Shown here: positions 1-9,750 of the stretch, one piece after another
How the letters are laid out: each line of letters opens with the position of its first letter
How positions within the stretch are numbered: position 1 is the first letter of the stretch
Origin: a virus
Reading direction: 5' to 3' (one strand)
Length of the DNA stretch: 64,000 nucleotides
Virus record (IMG/VR): IMGVR_UViG_3300009408_000001
Location: 133,531-197,530 of that record
Translations under genes and position numbers: made by a program
The notes under the pieces: model-generated
What the model was told of the DNA's origin: nothing
Seen by the model: only the letters and a program-made list of their open reading frames with translations
Database searches by the model: none

Positions 1-543
1 GTATCTGACCGCATCCTTACATCACTCAGTAAGGGAGAGATGAAGTACCTAAGCTCCGGAAAGGTTAATACTAAGGAAGCATATACCAACCCAGAGGCAT
101 CACCCCTAATCTACTATAAGTTCTGGAACACGGTGTTTGGAGCAGAACACGGTTATTCTGACTTACCGCCGTATGACGCTACTAAGGTAGCCGTAACCAT
201 TACCAAGAAAGGAAAGTACAAGGAGTGGCTTGCCACACAAGACCCCACCTTTGCAGGGAAGTTCAGCCGTGCAATGGAAGACATGGGAAGAACATACCTA
301 ACCTCAATCCTAGTGCCAACTGCCGCTCTTTCTTCTGGACAACTTCCTAAGGAAATCCATTCCATGTTGGATTACCGCCGGATTGAAACAGAGCTTACAG
401 CGGGCTTTACGATCATGTTGGAAACAGCAGGGGTACAAACCCGTAACAAAAAGATGTCGAGGCTGCTGTCGGAAGAAGTAGATGTAGCAATATACGAAGG
501 ACAGAACTTAGACGACTGGGCTGAGTTCCTACCACCGGCATAG
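1..543 (+). CDS. C-terminal part of B-family DNA polymerase catalytic chain (phiKZ gp50-like), runs off left edge
   Basis: Frame is open from base 1 (VSDRILTSLSKGEM...). It sits two genes upstream of chimallin as in phiKZ-like phages. Catalytic motifs B/C are not inside the window. Confidence 0.6.
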   Translation, partial: VSDRILTSLSKGEMKYLSSGKVNTKEAYTNPEASPLIYYKFWNTVFGAEHGYSDLPPYDATKVAVTITKKGKYKEWLATQDPTFAGKFSRAMEDMGRTYLTSILVPTAALSSGQLPKEIHSMLDYRRIETELTAGFTIMLETAGVQTRNKKMSRLLSEEVDVAIYEGQNLDDWAEFLPPA

Positions 544-576
544 AGAAAGGGGCCATCGGCCCCTTTCCCTTTTATG
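538..576. terminator. Bidirectional terminator hairpin between convergent genes
   Basis: GAAAGGGGCC-ATC-GGCCCCTTTC (545-567) flanked by GCATA/TATGC. Confidence 0.75.
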
Positions 577-1650
577 CTATTCCAGGTACGTCCTGAGGTC
601 AACCCAAAGAGTCCTCGCATTAAAGCGAACGCTGTCTTCTTCGATTCGGTCAATGGTACCACGTGACTCCACCAACCGGTTAGCTTGTTTCCACCTGTTT
701 AACAAGTTGGACATGTGTCGGTATTTTGGGGTACGACTAACCACCGCATGTACCAATGGTAAGTATGCTAAGAACCGAATGGTATCGTTCATTACGGTTT
801 CGTTGATATCCAGCAATGGGAACCCACTGAATAACATGCCTTCACCATTCAAGTTTGGCAAGTGCCCCAAGGTGTCAATTGGACTTTGTCCCTTCTTAGT
901 AGCCCTTTGAAATAATTTCCAGTACAATTTCGATATGACCTCTGTCCTGTTCGTTAAAAATATAGGTGGTCTTTCCACTGTCGTGAACATCTCATCACCA
1001 CGGGTAGAAGCATTGTTATAACTGGACTGTAACTGGGTGTCCAGTGCTCCTGGTAGAACGAATCTCCCAACGAACTGCTCTACCGACTCTTGCATGGTAT
1101 CTTCTAGCTTCCGATTAACTTCGTACCACCCGTGGTACATGACAGATAACTCCGGTATGGAGATCGCCAGGATTGCGTACTCATATGTATCCGATCCTTC
1201 ACCCCCCTCTGGAAGGTACCAGTGGGGTAGAACATACGGGTGACATAGCACGCGAAGTGGGGAAAGGGACTTCCAATCTCCATTGTACGATATCACCTCG
1301 GTGACACTGTAGTGATCTGACTGTACTAAATATTCAAAGCAGTCTTTATAGTATACTGACTTTGAGGACTTGCCTCTGTTTACAGGACTATATGCCTTTA
1401 CGGCAAGAGATAGGTCATCCTCTAGGTCTTTTGCAGCGGAATACTGCATCAGTGGGGTAGACCCCAGTCGTGTTACTAACCCATAGACCAACTTAACAAT
1501 TGGGTGGTCACCACCAGCAGAATGTCCGTAGGTTTGATAGTGTTTCTTTACCTGTTCTCGTTCGTCGACCTGTAAACCAAGAAGGCGATTTAGCTTTGTA
1601 TCAGTATACCTGCCGACATTAGCAGGGGTGGTGCCTATTAGCGGGTACAT
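577..1650 (-). CDS. Conserved jumbo-phage protein (phiKZ gp52-like, probable virion protein)
   Basis: 357-aa ORF on the opposite strand between the polymerase and chimallin; synteny. Confidence 0.55.
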   Translation of the reverse strand: MYPLIGTTPANVGRYTDTKLNRLLGLQVDEREQVKKHYQTYGHSAGGDHPIVKLVYGLVTRLGSTPLMQYSAAKDLEDDLSLAVKAYSPVNRGKSSKSVYYKDCFEYLVQSDHYSVTEVISYNGDWKSLSPLRVLCHPYVLPHWYLPEGGEGSDTYEYAILAISIPELSVMYHGWYEVNRKLEDTMQESVEQFVGRFVLPGALDTQLQSSYNNASTRGDEMFTTVERPPIFLTNRTEVISKLYWKLFQRATKKGQSPIDTLGHLPNLNGEGMLFSGFPLLDINETVMNDTIRFLAYLPLVHAVVSRTPKYRHMSNLLNRWKQANRLVESRGTIDRIEEDSVRFNARTLWVDLRTYLE

Positions 1651-1779
1651 TCTCGAACTCCAATGCTAAATTAAAAGACCAGGATCCATACTTATGTTAA
1701 GTGGAAGGAATATTACTTATCCAAACCATTCTTACTGGGACGCGTGCGTCCTTTTCTGGTTTGAACATAACTATGGACA

Positions 1780-1794
1780 TATATTATTTTGATG
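1780..1794 (+). promoter_or_regulatory. Early-type promoter for chmA (TATATTAT-N6-G)
   Basis: Variant of the TATATTAC phiKZ early consensus, with G at the same fixed offset as nine other copies in the window. Confidence 0.6.
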
Positions 1795-1859
1795 GTAGAG
1801 TATGTTCTCTTCCATTCCATTAACGCACGTGCGCACGTGCATTAGGAGATATACCACAG

Positions 1860-3803
1860 ATGGCACTTATAAGAGATGATCAACAACCAGCAGCAGCAGT
1901 GGATAGAACCCATTCCGCTGTACCACCTACCCCAGAACAACCTGGTGTTAACCAGACAGCGGCACAACCTACCTTGGACCCAAACGGAGACTTCGATGAA
2001 GGATTCGGGGACTTATTCGATGACGGCCTATATGGGGACCTCGGTATCGCTGTATCAGGTGTGGGGGGGTGTGGCGAATCCCTTGCGGAATTCTTGAAAA
2101 ACATGGAGGACCAGTGCCTCAGTACGTTGAAGGATAGGGCTGTTATCCGCCTCATACAGGATGTAAACCTGTACATCTCGTTTGTAGTTCTGGCGAATGT
2201 GTCTAAGATCAAGGAAGGTTCGGTTCCTTGCTTTGTATTTATGATGGAAGAGACCATTCACGGGATATCAGCCACAAAGGTGGAAGAGTACCGTACCATC
2301 CGGGGTGTGGAACAGATAGTGCGTTACAACACCACCGATCAATTCTTTGACCCGGATGCCCGTAACATCGTGGCCCGCCACATGGCCCGTGACCTGGGTT
2401 GTGAGTTGGGTGCGATCAAGTTCGTGGCCAACGCCACCGTTAAGAAGTCAATGGACCTTCGGTCTCCGGAGACCGCTAAACATCACTTCACAAATGCACT
2501 GTCACAACTAGCGTCCAAATACGTTAGACGCACGGGTAAAGGGATTACCTACGCTAGGCTGACAGATGGTGTAAGCCAGTTAGTCCAGACTGTGTACACC
2601 ACCCCCGGTGAAGCATCTGAATTGGATGTAGAAGGCCAACCCTGTGCCGCAGATTTCCGAGTTACCCTGGCACTGAAGGAAGCGGGTCGGAATAATCGTC
2701 CTACCAACAACATTCACAGCCAGGCGAGTGAGGCGGGCCTGACCACCACCACCGTTCATGTGGATCTAATGCGCCTCCCACCTTCACAGGTACAGCCCAC
2801 TGGTGTACCCGGTATGGTGCAACAGCCTACACCGGGCCACGCAGCATGTCTTACCATTACCTCAAACCATGAGGCTCTACTTGGCCCACGCAATGCGACA
2901 GCAGGGGTTCCAGCCCAGTTACTGGGTATGACCTCACTGGCTGTGTTGTCTTTGAACAACAACTGGGTAGCAGCCTACCAGAACTTCCCTGGTCAAGTAT
3001 CTGCTAAGGAAAGCATTGGCATGGTGGCGGTCGAACATGACCCCTACCTACGTCCAGGCAACGATCACTTTAAACCAGTGAACGTCATGAGCGCTGCACC
3101 AGGGGAAACTCCGGGTGACGCAATGACTCCAGAAGCAGTGGCTGCAATGTGGGTTCATCCTGCATCTATCCATGCAATCGATTGCCTGCGTGCAGGCGTC
3201 AATAGCTGGGCAATGGATATCTTCCAACGTGCTGCTACCGACCCTGCTGCACAACAGAGAATTCTCTCTGAATGTGATGCACTTTTCAACGGTAAGTTCT
3301 TGCCTATCTGGAACCGGGTTACCAATAATTCAGGTGCATCTCCCGTTCTTCCACAGACCAGTTACATCTTAGCTGGTACTTACCGTGAAGAGAACCGCCT
3401 CTTGGATATCCGCTCTCTGGACTACACCAAGGTCGTGGCTATGGGTCTACAGGATCCTCAGTTCATTGCCGAAGTAACCAGTGGTAACATGATGGGTGCA
3501 GATGCCTCCCGTGTCCAGAAACGCATGGAACGTTTGCGTCCACTGATCCCATCTATTGAGATCACAGGTGCTTACACCCGTTGCTACTTCCACCCTGCAC
3601 TCATTGGTGCTATGGCTGAAGCAATGGTTGCTGCTGAAATGGTGGTAATCACCAACGCCAACTTCAACCGAATTGATACAGGTCGTGCTTACATCGATCC
3701 TAACAATCTGGGTGTTGTTTCACAGGGTGGGGCATTCCAAAATAACCAGGGTGGTCAGTCTAACTATGCTGCTCCAAACAGTTGGATGGGTCACGGGTAC
3801 TAG
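1860..3803 (+). CDS. chmA: Chimallin, phage nuclear shell protein
   Basis: 647 aa with disordered N-tail and G/N/Q-rich C-tail, directly upstream of the nvRNAP beta' N-terminal gene; strong SD (AGGAGA); size and synteny match phiKZ gp54. Confidence 0.85.
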   Translation: MALIRDDQQPAAAVDRTHSAVPPTPEQPGVNQTAAQPTLDPNGDFDEGFGDLFDDGLYGDLGIAVSGVGGCGESLAEFLKNMEDQCLSTLKDRAVIRLIQDVNLYISFVVLANVSKIKEGSVPCFVFMMEETIHGISATKVEEYRTIRGVEQIVRYNTTDQFFDPDARNIVARHMARDLGCELGAIKFVANATVKKSMDLRSPETAKHHFTNALSQLASKYVRRTGKGITYARLTDGVSQLVQTVYTTPGEASELDVEGQPCAADFRVTLALKEAGRNNRPTNNIHSQASEAGLTTTTVHVDLMRLPPSQVQPTGVPGMVQQPTPGHAACLTITSNHEALLGPRNATAGVPAQLLGMTSLAVLSLNNNWVAAYQNFPGQVSAKESIGMVAVEHDPYLRPGNDHFKPVNVMSAAPGETPGDAMTPEAVAAMWVHPASIHAIDCLRAGVNSWAMDIFQRAATDPAAQQRILSECDALFNGKFLPIWNRVTNNSGASPVLPQTSYILAGTYREENRLLDIRSLDYTKVVAMGLQDPQFIAEVTSGNMMGADASRVQKRMERLRPLIPSIEITGAYTRCYFHPALIGAMAEAMVAAEMVVITNANFNRIDTGRAYIDPNNLGVVSQGGAFQNNQGGQSNYAAPNSWMGHGY

Positions 3804-3828
3804 AAAAGGCTAGTGGTTTAGTATTTTG

Positions 3829-3855
3829 AGAAAGGGCTTCGGTCCTTTCTTTTTA
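3829..3855 (+). terminator. Intrinsic terminator after chmA
   Basis: AGAAAGGGC-TTCG-GTCCTTTCT plus T tract. Confidence 0.8.
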
Positions 3856-3878
3856 TTTGTCTCAGGAGAAGATGTCAA

Positions 3879-5390
3879 ATGGCTAAAACACTCGTGATGG
3901 TTGACCAGGACAAGGTCTTTTCGGACCTGAAGTTTCCACCAATCATGTTGAACGACATACCCTCGGAAACCGCAGAGGATAGAAAGGCACTAAATGCACT
4001 GATTGCCATCACCTATCAAGATGATACAATCGATGGTGTCCCACGCTGTGGTTGTGGTAAGTTAGGCAACGCGTACAACCTAGGGGTACTACACGAAAAA
4101 TGCAGCACTCGTGTAGAGTCACCGACGGAAGTGACTATTGAATCAAACGTATGGTTCCGGGCACCCGATGGTGTAACCGCCATGATCAATCCCCACCTAT
4201 GGACCCTGTTATCCACGAAGATGGTCTACCAGGGATACAACGTATTAAGGTGGATGTGCAGTCCAAATGTATCGGCACCACCGGTAGAGAATAAGAAGGC
4301 ACATCTAGCGTTACGCAGATACGAAAGGTTAGAGATCCCACGTGGGGTAAACAGCTTCATCGCTAACTTTGACCTTATCGTACCGGTATTGTTAGCAAGC
4401 TTCACAGACAAGTATGCAAAGCTGGAAATGGAAGAGTACCTGATTAGGTTCAGGAAGTACTTCTTCCCAAGGCACCTTCCGATGCCAACCCGGATGGCGA
4501 TCATCATGGAAGAGACAAACATGCTCACGTTTGTGGATGTCACAATTGCAGATGCAATCGATGCTGCTAGGACAATGACCATGGGTAACCACGGTCGTCG
4601 GGCTATTTCCAAAGTAGAGGGCAAGGTTGCCGCAGTGGTAAACTCCCTTTCCATGTATTACGATAATCTCATCGATTCTTCCTTCTCTAAAAAGGAAGGA
4701 ATGTTCAGGAACGTGATGCTCGGAGCCAGGATGCCATTCGCCTTTCGTTCGGTCATTGTCTCTAATGCAGGGGTACATGACTACGAGACCACAGAAATTC
4801 CATACACGACAGGTGTGACCATGTTCAAGGTCCACATCATGAACTTAATGGAAAAGGAAGGGTGGACATATAGAGAAGCGTGGGATTATGTAGACGAACA
4901 CACGATGACGTGGGATAGCTACCTCTATGGTTTGTTAATGCAGTTGGTCAAGTTGTCACCCGGTGGAAAAGGACTAGGACACCTGTTCATCCGATACCCT
5001 ACACTGGATAGGCTCTCCATTCAGTTCCTGTTCATTGTTGACTTCACATTAGAAGCAGCTAAGATCTCTCCTCTGGCTATCATTGGGCCAAATGCAGATT
5101 ATGACGGGGATCAACTGACCGGCATTGCGGCGCAGTCGCTTAAACAGTATGCGATCTTCGAGTACTATCGTCCACACTACGGAATCTTTGCACTCCATAA
5201 ACCAATGACGATTACTCGGAACCTTGCATTGCCAGATGCGACTATCGGAACAACGTCGGCTTGGTTAGAATACGGGCGTCGTCCGATTGACCAAATGCAT
5301 GAGGATGGGGTTGGTTATGTAGAGTCCGTTTCTTCAACTGGGGAAGTAACACGAATCCCCTTTAGTGACCTCTACACGGAGTATGTATGA
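3879..5390 (+). CDS. nvRNAP beta' N-terminal subunit carrying the catalytic motif (phiKZ gp55-like)
   Basis: NADYDGD catalytic loop, Zn-finger-like CGCG...C, R-x-P-T-L motif (RYPTL). Confidence 0.92.
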   Translation: MAKTLVMVDQDKVFSDLKFPPIMLNDIPSETAEDRKALNALIAITYQDDTIDGVPRCGCGKLGNAYNLGVLHEKCSTRVESPTEVTIESNVWFRAPDGVTAMINPHLWTLLSTKMVYQGYNVLRWMCSPNVSAPPVENKKAHLALRRYERLEIPRGVNSFIANFDLIVPVLLASFTDKYAKLEMEEYLIRFRKYFFPRHLPMPTRMAIIMEETNMLTFVDVTIADAIDAARTMTMGNHGRRAISKVEGKVAAVVNSLSMYYDNLIDSSFSKKEGMFRNVMLGARMPFAFRSVIVSNAGVHDYETTEIPYTTGVTMFKVHIMNLMEKEGWTYREAWDYVDEHTMTWDSYLYGLLMQLVKLSPGGKGLGHLFIRYPTLDRLSIQFLFIVDFTLEAAKISPLAIIGPNADYDGDQLTGIAAQSLKQYAIFEYYRPHYGIFALHKPMTITRNLALPDATIGTTSAWLEYGRRPIDQMHEDGVGYVESVSSTGEVTRIPFSDLYTEYV

Positions 5391-6001
5391 ACATCTGTTA
5401 CGCCAATGTAGATGAGTTAGCGTCTGCGATGTATGCTAGACCTACACAACAGGCACTAGCCACCATTCAAAGTAACGTGGCGACTTACATGGCCCAGTCG
5501 GTACATATCCCACAGGCCATCATGGCTACTATCAAACAGGGATACCAAACCTTTGTAGACCACTCCCTTGGCAATGGTGTGGCAGCACTGCGTAGTAAGT
5601 TGGGCATGTACTGGAGACCGGATACCATAGCTACGGCTACCACCATTGAGGAGTTGCAAACTGCTAAACCCACCATGTCACGGTGGTTAATGACCAGTCC
5701 TGTAGTACGGGAGGCAGTAGCCTCCGGAAACTTATCGGGGTATGCTGGACAGTATGTCGATCCGCAACCTGGGTTATCTGGACCGGCTCAGAAAGATTGG
5801 AGGCAGGTTAACACAGGGGTGGTGCAACACTCAGACAGTGGGGTACACGTGTCTACCTACTATGAACGGTATGGAAAGGACTCAGTTTACATGTCAGCCG
5901 TTGATAAAGGCATGGTAAAGGCTTCAATCGCAATGTTGGAGTACTATGCAACAGAAGGTGATTTCGATCCGACGTCGGTATGGAATGAACCTATTTACTA
6001 G
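5387..6001 (+). CDS. Conserved hypothetical protein of the chmA block
   Basis: 204 aa, ATGA-coupled to the RNAP gene, followed by a terminator. Confidence 0.6.
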   Translation: MNICYANVDELASAMYARPTQQALATIQSNVATYMAQSVHIPQAIMATIKQGYQTFVDHSLGNGVAALRSKLGMYWRPDTIATATTIEELQTAKPTMSRWLMTSPVVREAVASGNLSGYAGQYVDPQPGLSGPAQKDWRQVNTGVVQHSDSGVHVSTYYERYGKDSVYMSAVDKGMVKASIAMLEYYATEGDFDPTSVWNEPIY

Positions 6002-6004
6002 GAC

Positions 6005-6033
6005 AAAAGGAGGGCTTTCGCCCTCCTTTTTTT
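6005..6033 (+). terminator. Intrinsic terminator
   Basis: AAAAGGAGGGC-TTTC-GCCCTCCTTTT plus T tract. Confidence 0.8.
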
Positions 6034-6066
6034 ATACCCAGTGGGCAGATTTATAAAGGAGCGATC

Positions 6067-6462
6067 ATGAAAGCAGTACCGGTATTAGGAAGTGACGGTT
6101 GGGTAACCGACCCGGAAAAGATGATGAACCACTTGTACATGAACATGTACGAAGCCAACTATTCTCAAAGTACAGCAATGTACGGAGAGGTAACCAGTTT
6201 CCAACACATCATTACGAGTTATGGAAATGACCCACATCTGCTCTCGTCGCAGATGACAAACGCAATTCGAAAGTATTACAGTAGGTATTTCGATTCGGCA
6301 GATGTCTCCTTTACACGGGTGGATACGACCGATGGAGAAAATATGGTCTATAACTTAGAGATCAACGCAACCTTGGGAAAGAAGTCGGTATCCCTTGCAC
6401 GGACATTACGGAAAGGCACCGGACACAATGCCGGTACTTTCTTGGAAACACTAGGAGCATAA
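6067..6462 (+). CDS. Conserved hypothetical protein (possible small baseplate-type protein)
   Basis: 131-aa ORF with SD AAGGAG; fold guess is weak. Confidence 0.5.
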   Translation: MKAVPVLGSDGWVTDPEKMMNHLYMNMYEANYSQSTAMYGEVTSFQHIITSYGNDPHLLSSQMTNAIRKYYSRYFDSADVSFTRVDTTDGENMVYNLEINATLGKKSVSLARTLRKGTGHNAGTFLETLGA

Positions 6463-6463
6463 C

Positions 6464-7048
6464 ATGACCCAGATGACAAACCCCTCTAATAGCCAGATAC
6501 CCGTGGAAGAGATCCCCACTCCTGAAGACAGTGAACCCATGTCAGATGAGATTCGCGTTATCATGGCTAAGCTTGCGGAGTTACCCCAGATTAAATTAAG
6601 GGACTTTGAGATATACGCCGCTGCACTGGCAGACCCCTCTGATGACCCGGAGTCACTTCGACTTAGAACTGAATGGGCTAGGACCGTTTGTATATCCGAA
6701 CGACTAGCTGTACATGTGGTGGACGACACATCAGGTGAAATAATGTTTAGAGTCCCACCGATGCGCACTCCCCTAGCACAGTTAGAGAATAAAAACATTA
6801 CCTCGGCCATGCTTGCTCTGGAGAAGATGCAACGTGGTAACCCCTATGCAGCAGATGCATTCGCAAGGGAGGTCATAGAACCCTCTATGTTTCAAGGAAT
6901 GATAACCCTCGAAGACACGAAGGATTGGCAGTACATCATACAACGATATGGTAGCAACCAACCACAGGCCCCCGATGGAGTGGAAAGAACAATGAACACC
7001 AATGCTATTCCAGATGAGGAGGACTTGGCAGATGACGACGGATGGTAA
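6464..7048 (+). CDS. Hypothetical protein with acidic tail
   Basis: 194 aa, packed in operon with SD AGGAG. Confidence 0.55.
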   Translation: MTQMTNPSNSQIPVEEIPTPEDSEPMSDEIRVIMAKLAELPQIKLRDFEIYAAALADPSDDPESLRLRTEWARTVCISERLAVHVVDDTSGEIMFRVPPMRTPLAQLENKNITSAMLALEKMQRGNPYAADAFAREVIEPSMFQGMITLEDTKDWQYIIQRYGSNQPQAPDGVERTMNTNAIPDEEDLADDDGW

Positions 7049-8171
7049 CTATGAACTTAGGATCCTAGAATTCTCTGACGTACATGTAGATGGTTCACTT
7101 GTCCCCACTCGGAAAATACTAGGGGACATGGACAAGATGATTCCAGACGATGCTAAAACCGCGATGTACGACATCGTGTTTATTGCGGGAGACTTCTGGG
7201 ATAAGGAAATGTCCGCCGCCTCTAATAATTGTGAGTTAGTGGATCGATGGATTGTTAAGTTCCTACGGCGTTGTAAGGTAAACGGTACCATTGTTAGAGT
7301 CTTGGAAGGGACGAAGTCACATGACCGTGGACAGAACTACCGGTTTATAATGCTTAACGAGTTGGCAAACATCGGGGCAAACGTGGGGTACTGGGATGTT
7401 CTAGCCATTGAGCACATTAAGGAACTCGACATTGATGTGCTTTATCTTCCAGACCAATGGCGACATGATCCAGATGAAACGTGGGTTGACGTACAGAACC
7501 TAATTGCCAGCAAGGGACTTAAGAAGGTCGACTATGCGATAACGCATGGTTTCTTTGAGCATCAGGTTCCAGAGGGATTAGGTTTGCATCCTCACCTGAA
7601 TAAACGGTACAGGTCCATCGTACGGAAGTACATATTCAACGGGCACCACCATACGGCAGTGGTTAAGGATAACATCATTGTTGCTGGGTCTCCTGGTAGG
7701 TACATGCACGGCCAGGAGGAAGATAAGGGAATCGTAGCTGTTACGGTAAGACACCGTGAGAAAAATGACAACGACACCATTCGGTTTATAAAGAACGAGT
7801 ACGCCACCGTCTTCAATTCCTACCATTGGGAGGATAAAGATTCTTCGGAAGTAGCCCAGTTTGTAGAGGAGATTGTAAAGTTACCGCCTGGGAGCCACGT
7901 CCGTATCTACATATCCCGACTATCCGAAAACCTAGCGGTCCTTGTGACTGCCAGTCATTTGTATAGGCACGTTACATGGAACCTAGTCCCACCGAAGAAA
8001 AAGAAAGGACCTAGTGTTAAAGAGGCGGTAAAGGTACATCGCCAGAGGGAAGATACCGTTGTAACCAAAGTATCGATTTCGAGCGTAATCGAGGAGAGAC
8101 TAACGGTCAGTGGGGTATCACCATCGGATGTGTCCCACTGCATTAAAGAGTTGGAGATGGTAATTGGCTAG
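7032..8171 (+). CDS. sbcD: SbcD/Mre11-like metallophosphoesterase nuclease (phiKZ gp65-like)
   Basis: Motifs SDVH, GDFWD, GTKSHD, THG, GHHH; start moved to ATG 7032 after SD GAGGAGG. Confidence 0.88.
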   Translation: MTTDGNYELRILEFSDVHVDGSLVPTRKILGDMDKMIPDDAKTAMYDIVFIAGDFWDKEMSAASNNCELVDRWIVKFLRRCKVNGTIVRVLEGTKSHDRGQNYRFIMLNELANIGANVGYWDVLAIEHIKELDIDVLYLPDQWRHDPDETWVDVQNLIASKGLKKVDYAITHGFFEHQVPEGLGLHPHLNKRYRSIVRKYIFNGHHHTAVVKDNIIVAGSPGRYMHGQEEDKGIVAVTVRHREKNDNDTIRFIKNEYATVFNSYHWEDKDSSEVAQFVEEIVKLPPGSHVRIYISRLSENLAVLVTASHLYRHVTWNLVPPKKKKGPSVKEAVKVHRQREDTVVTKVSISSVIEERLTVSGVSPSDVSHCIKELEMVIG

Positions 8172-8955
8172 AGAACGAGAGCTAGGGGAAAAGGTAGCAA
8201 TATCGATTGCTACTGCCGAAGCGGTTGGGACCGCCCTCTTAGCGGAGAAACCGACTCACCCTGATTGTTGGATGAATGTTCGTACACTCATCCGGAACTT
8301 ACACGGTTCCTACAAGGAACCGTCTAAAATTATCCCACCGGAGGTACTGGAGGACCTCGTGGAGGAGATGGAAAATATCGCTGCATTACTAAGCGATCAC
8401 GTAGAGGTCACTTACTATGTGACGGATAACGCATCACTACATCCAATGTTTAAGGGCGCTAAACTTAGGGTACCTAGGACAAAAAAGCAGGTGGCATACA
8501 GTGAGATGGAACGTATGGTTCTAGAGAAACTGCGGGGTGAGGAACTAGAGGTATTGGAGTTCAACCAGCGTATACTGGGTAGGAACTCCAATGCAACAAT
8601 GTTGACACACCACCCACTTAACCTCTTGTCGAAATACGAGTTCGAAAACCTGACCCTACTGGAGTCACACACTGGGACAGAGAAGTCATCCCGAGAGTGG
8701 AATACTAAGTTAACCAGAGGGAAAGAACGGGCAAGGTTACCCTTTAACGTGTTGACCCTACAGGTGTTTGGAGACAACAGTAATCAGTTTCATGCGATGT
8801 CAAAATTGCATCGTGAGACACTGGAAAATATGGCGATTGAACACGCATGGACACCACTTACAACCACTGCTAAAATCTTATCCAATCTGAACGGGATTTC
8901 CGATAAGGACCTTAAAGCAGACTTGAAACAATTGGCATTAACCAAACTGAGGTAA
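8164..8955 (+). CDS. Conserved jumbo-phage protein (phiKZ gp66-like)
   Basis: 263 aa, TTG start overlapping sbcD end; synteny. Confidence 0.55.
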   Translation: MARERELGEKVAISIATAEAVGTALLAEKPTHPDCWMNVRTLIRNLHGSYKEPSKIIPPEVLEDLVEEMENIAALLSDHVEVTYYVTDNASLHPMFKGAKLRVPRTKKQVAYSEMERMVLEKLRGEELEVLEFNQRILGRNSNATMLTHHPLNLLSKYEFENLTLLESHTGTEKSSREWNTKLTRGKERARLPFNVLTLQVFGDNSNQFHAMSKLHRETLENMAIEHAWTPLTTTAKILSNLNGISDKDLKADLKQLALTKLR

Positions 8956-8959
8956 CACA

Positions 8960-9616
8960 ATGGCACATCCGCAATATAAACCCATCCCAAAGAACCCCAC
9001 TGACAGCAAAAAGTTGGAAGTGGCCGGGGATCCCTGGAAACCAGGTGACTGGAACAAACCTTCTTTCAAGTTACGCATCGTAAATGGTAACGTGTGGTTC
9101 GCAGGGTACAGTAACCATCCCGATGATGAAGGAGTGGGTCCAATCAATGTGAAGTTCGACATTAGTCTGGGTTATACTTTCCTTGAGATGTTGGAAACCT
9201 GTGTCCGTGACCCAAATGCAGAACGGGTAGCAATCCAAGCAATGGAGGCACGTGACGCAGGTAAGATGGTAAAGGGTGGTAAAATCACGATTGGCCGAAA
9301 TGCAGAGGGGGTTATTCGCTTAGCAGTAGAGTACCCTGGAAGACGAGCATGTCAACTCAAGTTCCATGAATGTCGTTTTGCCAACTTCATGGACGGTAAC
9401 GGCAATCCCCTTAGTGACAAGCGTGTTAGTGAACTGCGTTGTGGTTCCTTTGTAACCTCACTGCGTGAGATACTAGCAGCGGTTTACGTGAAAGACTACG
9501 TTCACTATGTTAAGAAGAAACCAGCCAACAACAACAACGCAGGTAACAACGGTGGTGGTTTTGGTGACCCAGGTACAGCAACCGGAGGTACTTCTGAAGC
9601 AGATCTATTCGCATAG
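8960..9616 (+). CDS. chmC: ChmC-like nucleus-associated RNA-binding protein
   Basis: Directly upstream of the sigma-like nvRNAP subunit; beta-rich core plus N/G-rich disordered tail (NNNNAGNNGGGFGDPG). Confidence 0.65.
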   Translation: MAHPQYKPIPKNPTDSKKLEVAGDPWKPGDWNKPSFKLRIVNGNVWFAGYSNHPDDEGVGPINVKFDISLGYTFLEMLETCVRDPNAERVAIQAMEARDAGKMVKGGKITIGRNAEGVIRLAVEYPGRRACQLKFHECRFANFMDGNGNPLSDKRVSELRCGSFVTSLREILAAVYVKDYVHYVKKKPANNNNAGNNGGGFGDPGTATGGTSEADLFA

Positions 9617-9714
9617 GTAACACAATTACGGCATAATGGAAGCTCTCCTCTTTCGAGGATGAGCTTGTCTAAGCCGGATGAGTCCTATGTCAGGAGTCGG
9701 TAATGTTTTAGACA

Positions 9715-9729
9715 TATATAATTAGTAAG
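9715..9729 (+). promoter_or_regulatory. Early-type promoter (TATATAAT-N6-G)
   Basis: Variant of the window consensus, upstream of the gp68-like gene. Confidence 0.55.
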
Positions 9730-9750
9730 AACAGTAACAGGAGAACTTTT

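Noticed and set aside
9672-9705. Hammerhead-like core (GGATGAGTCC...)
   Set aside because: Lacks CTGATGA and the downstream GAAA element.
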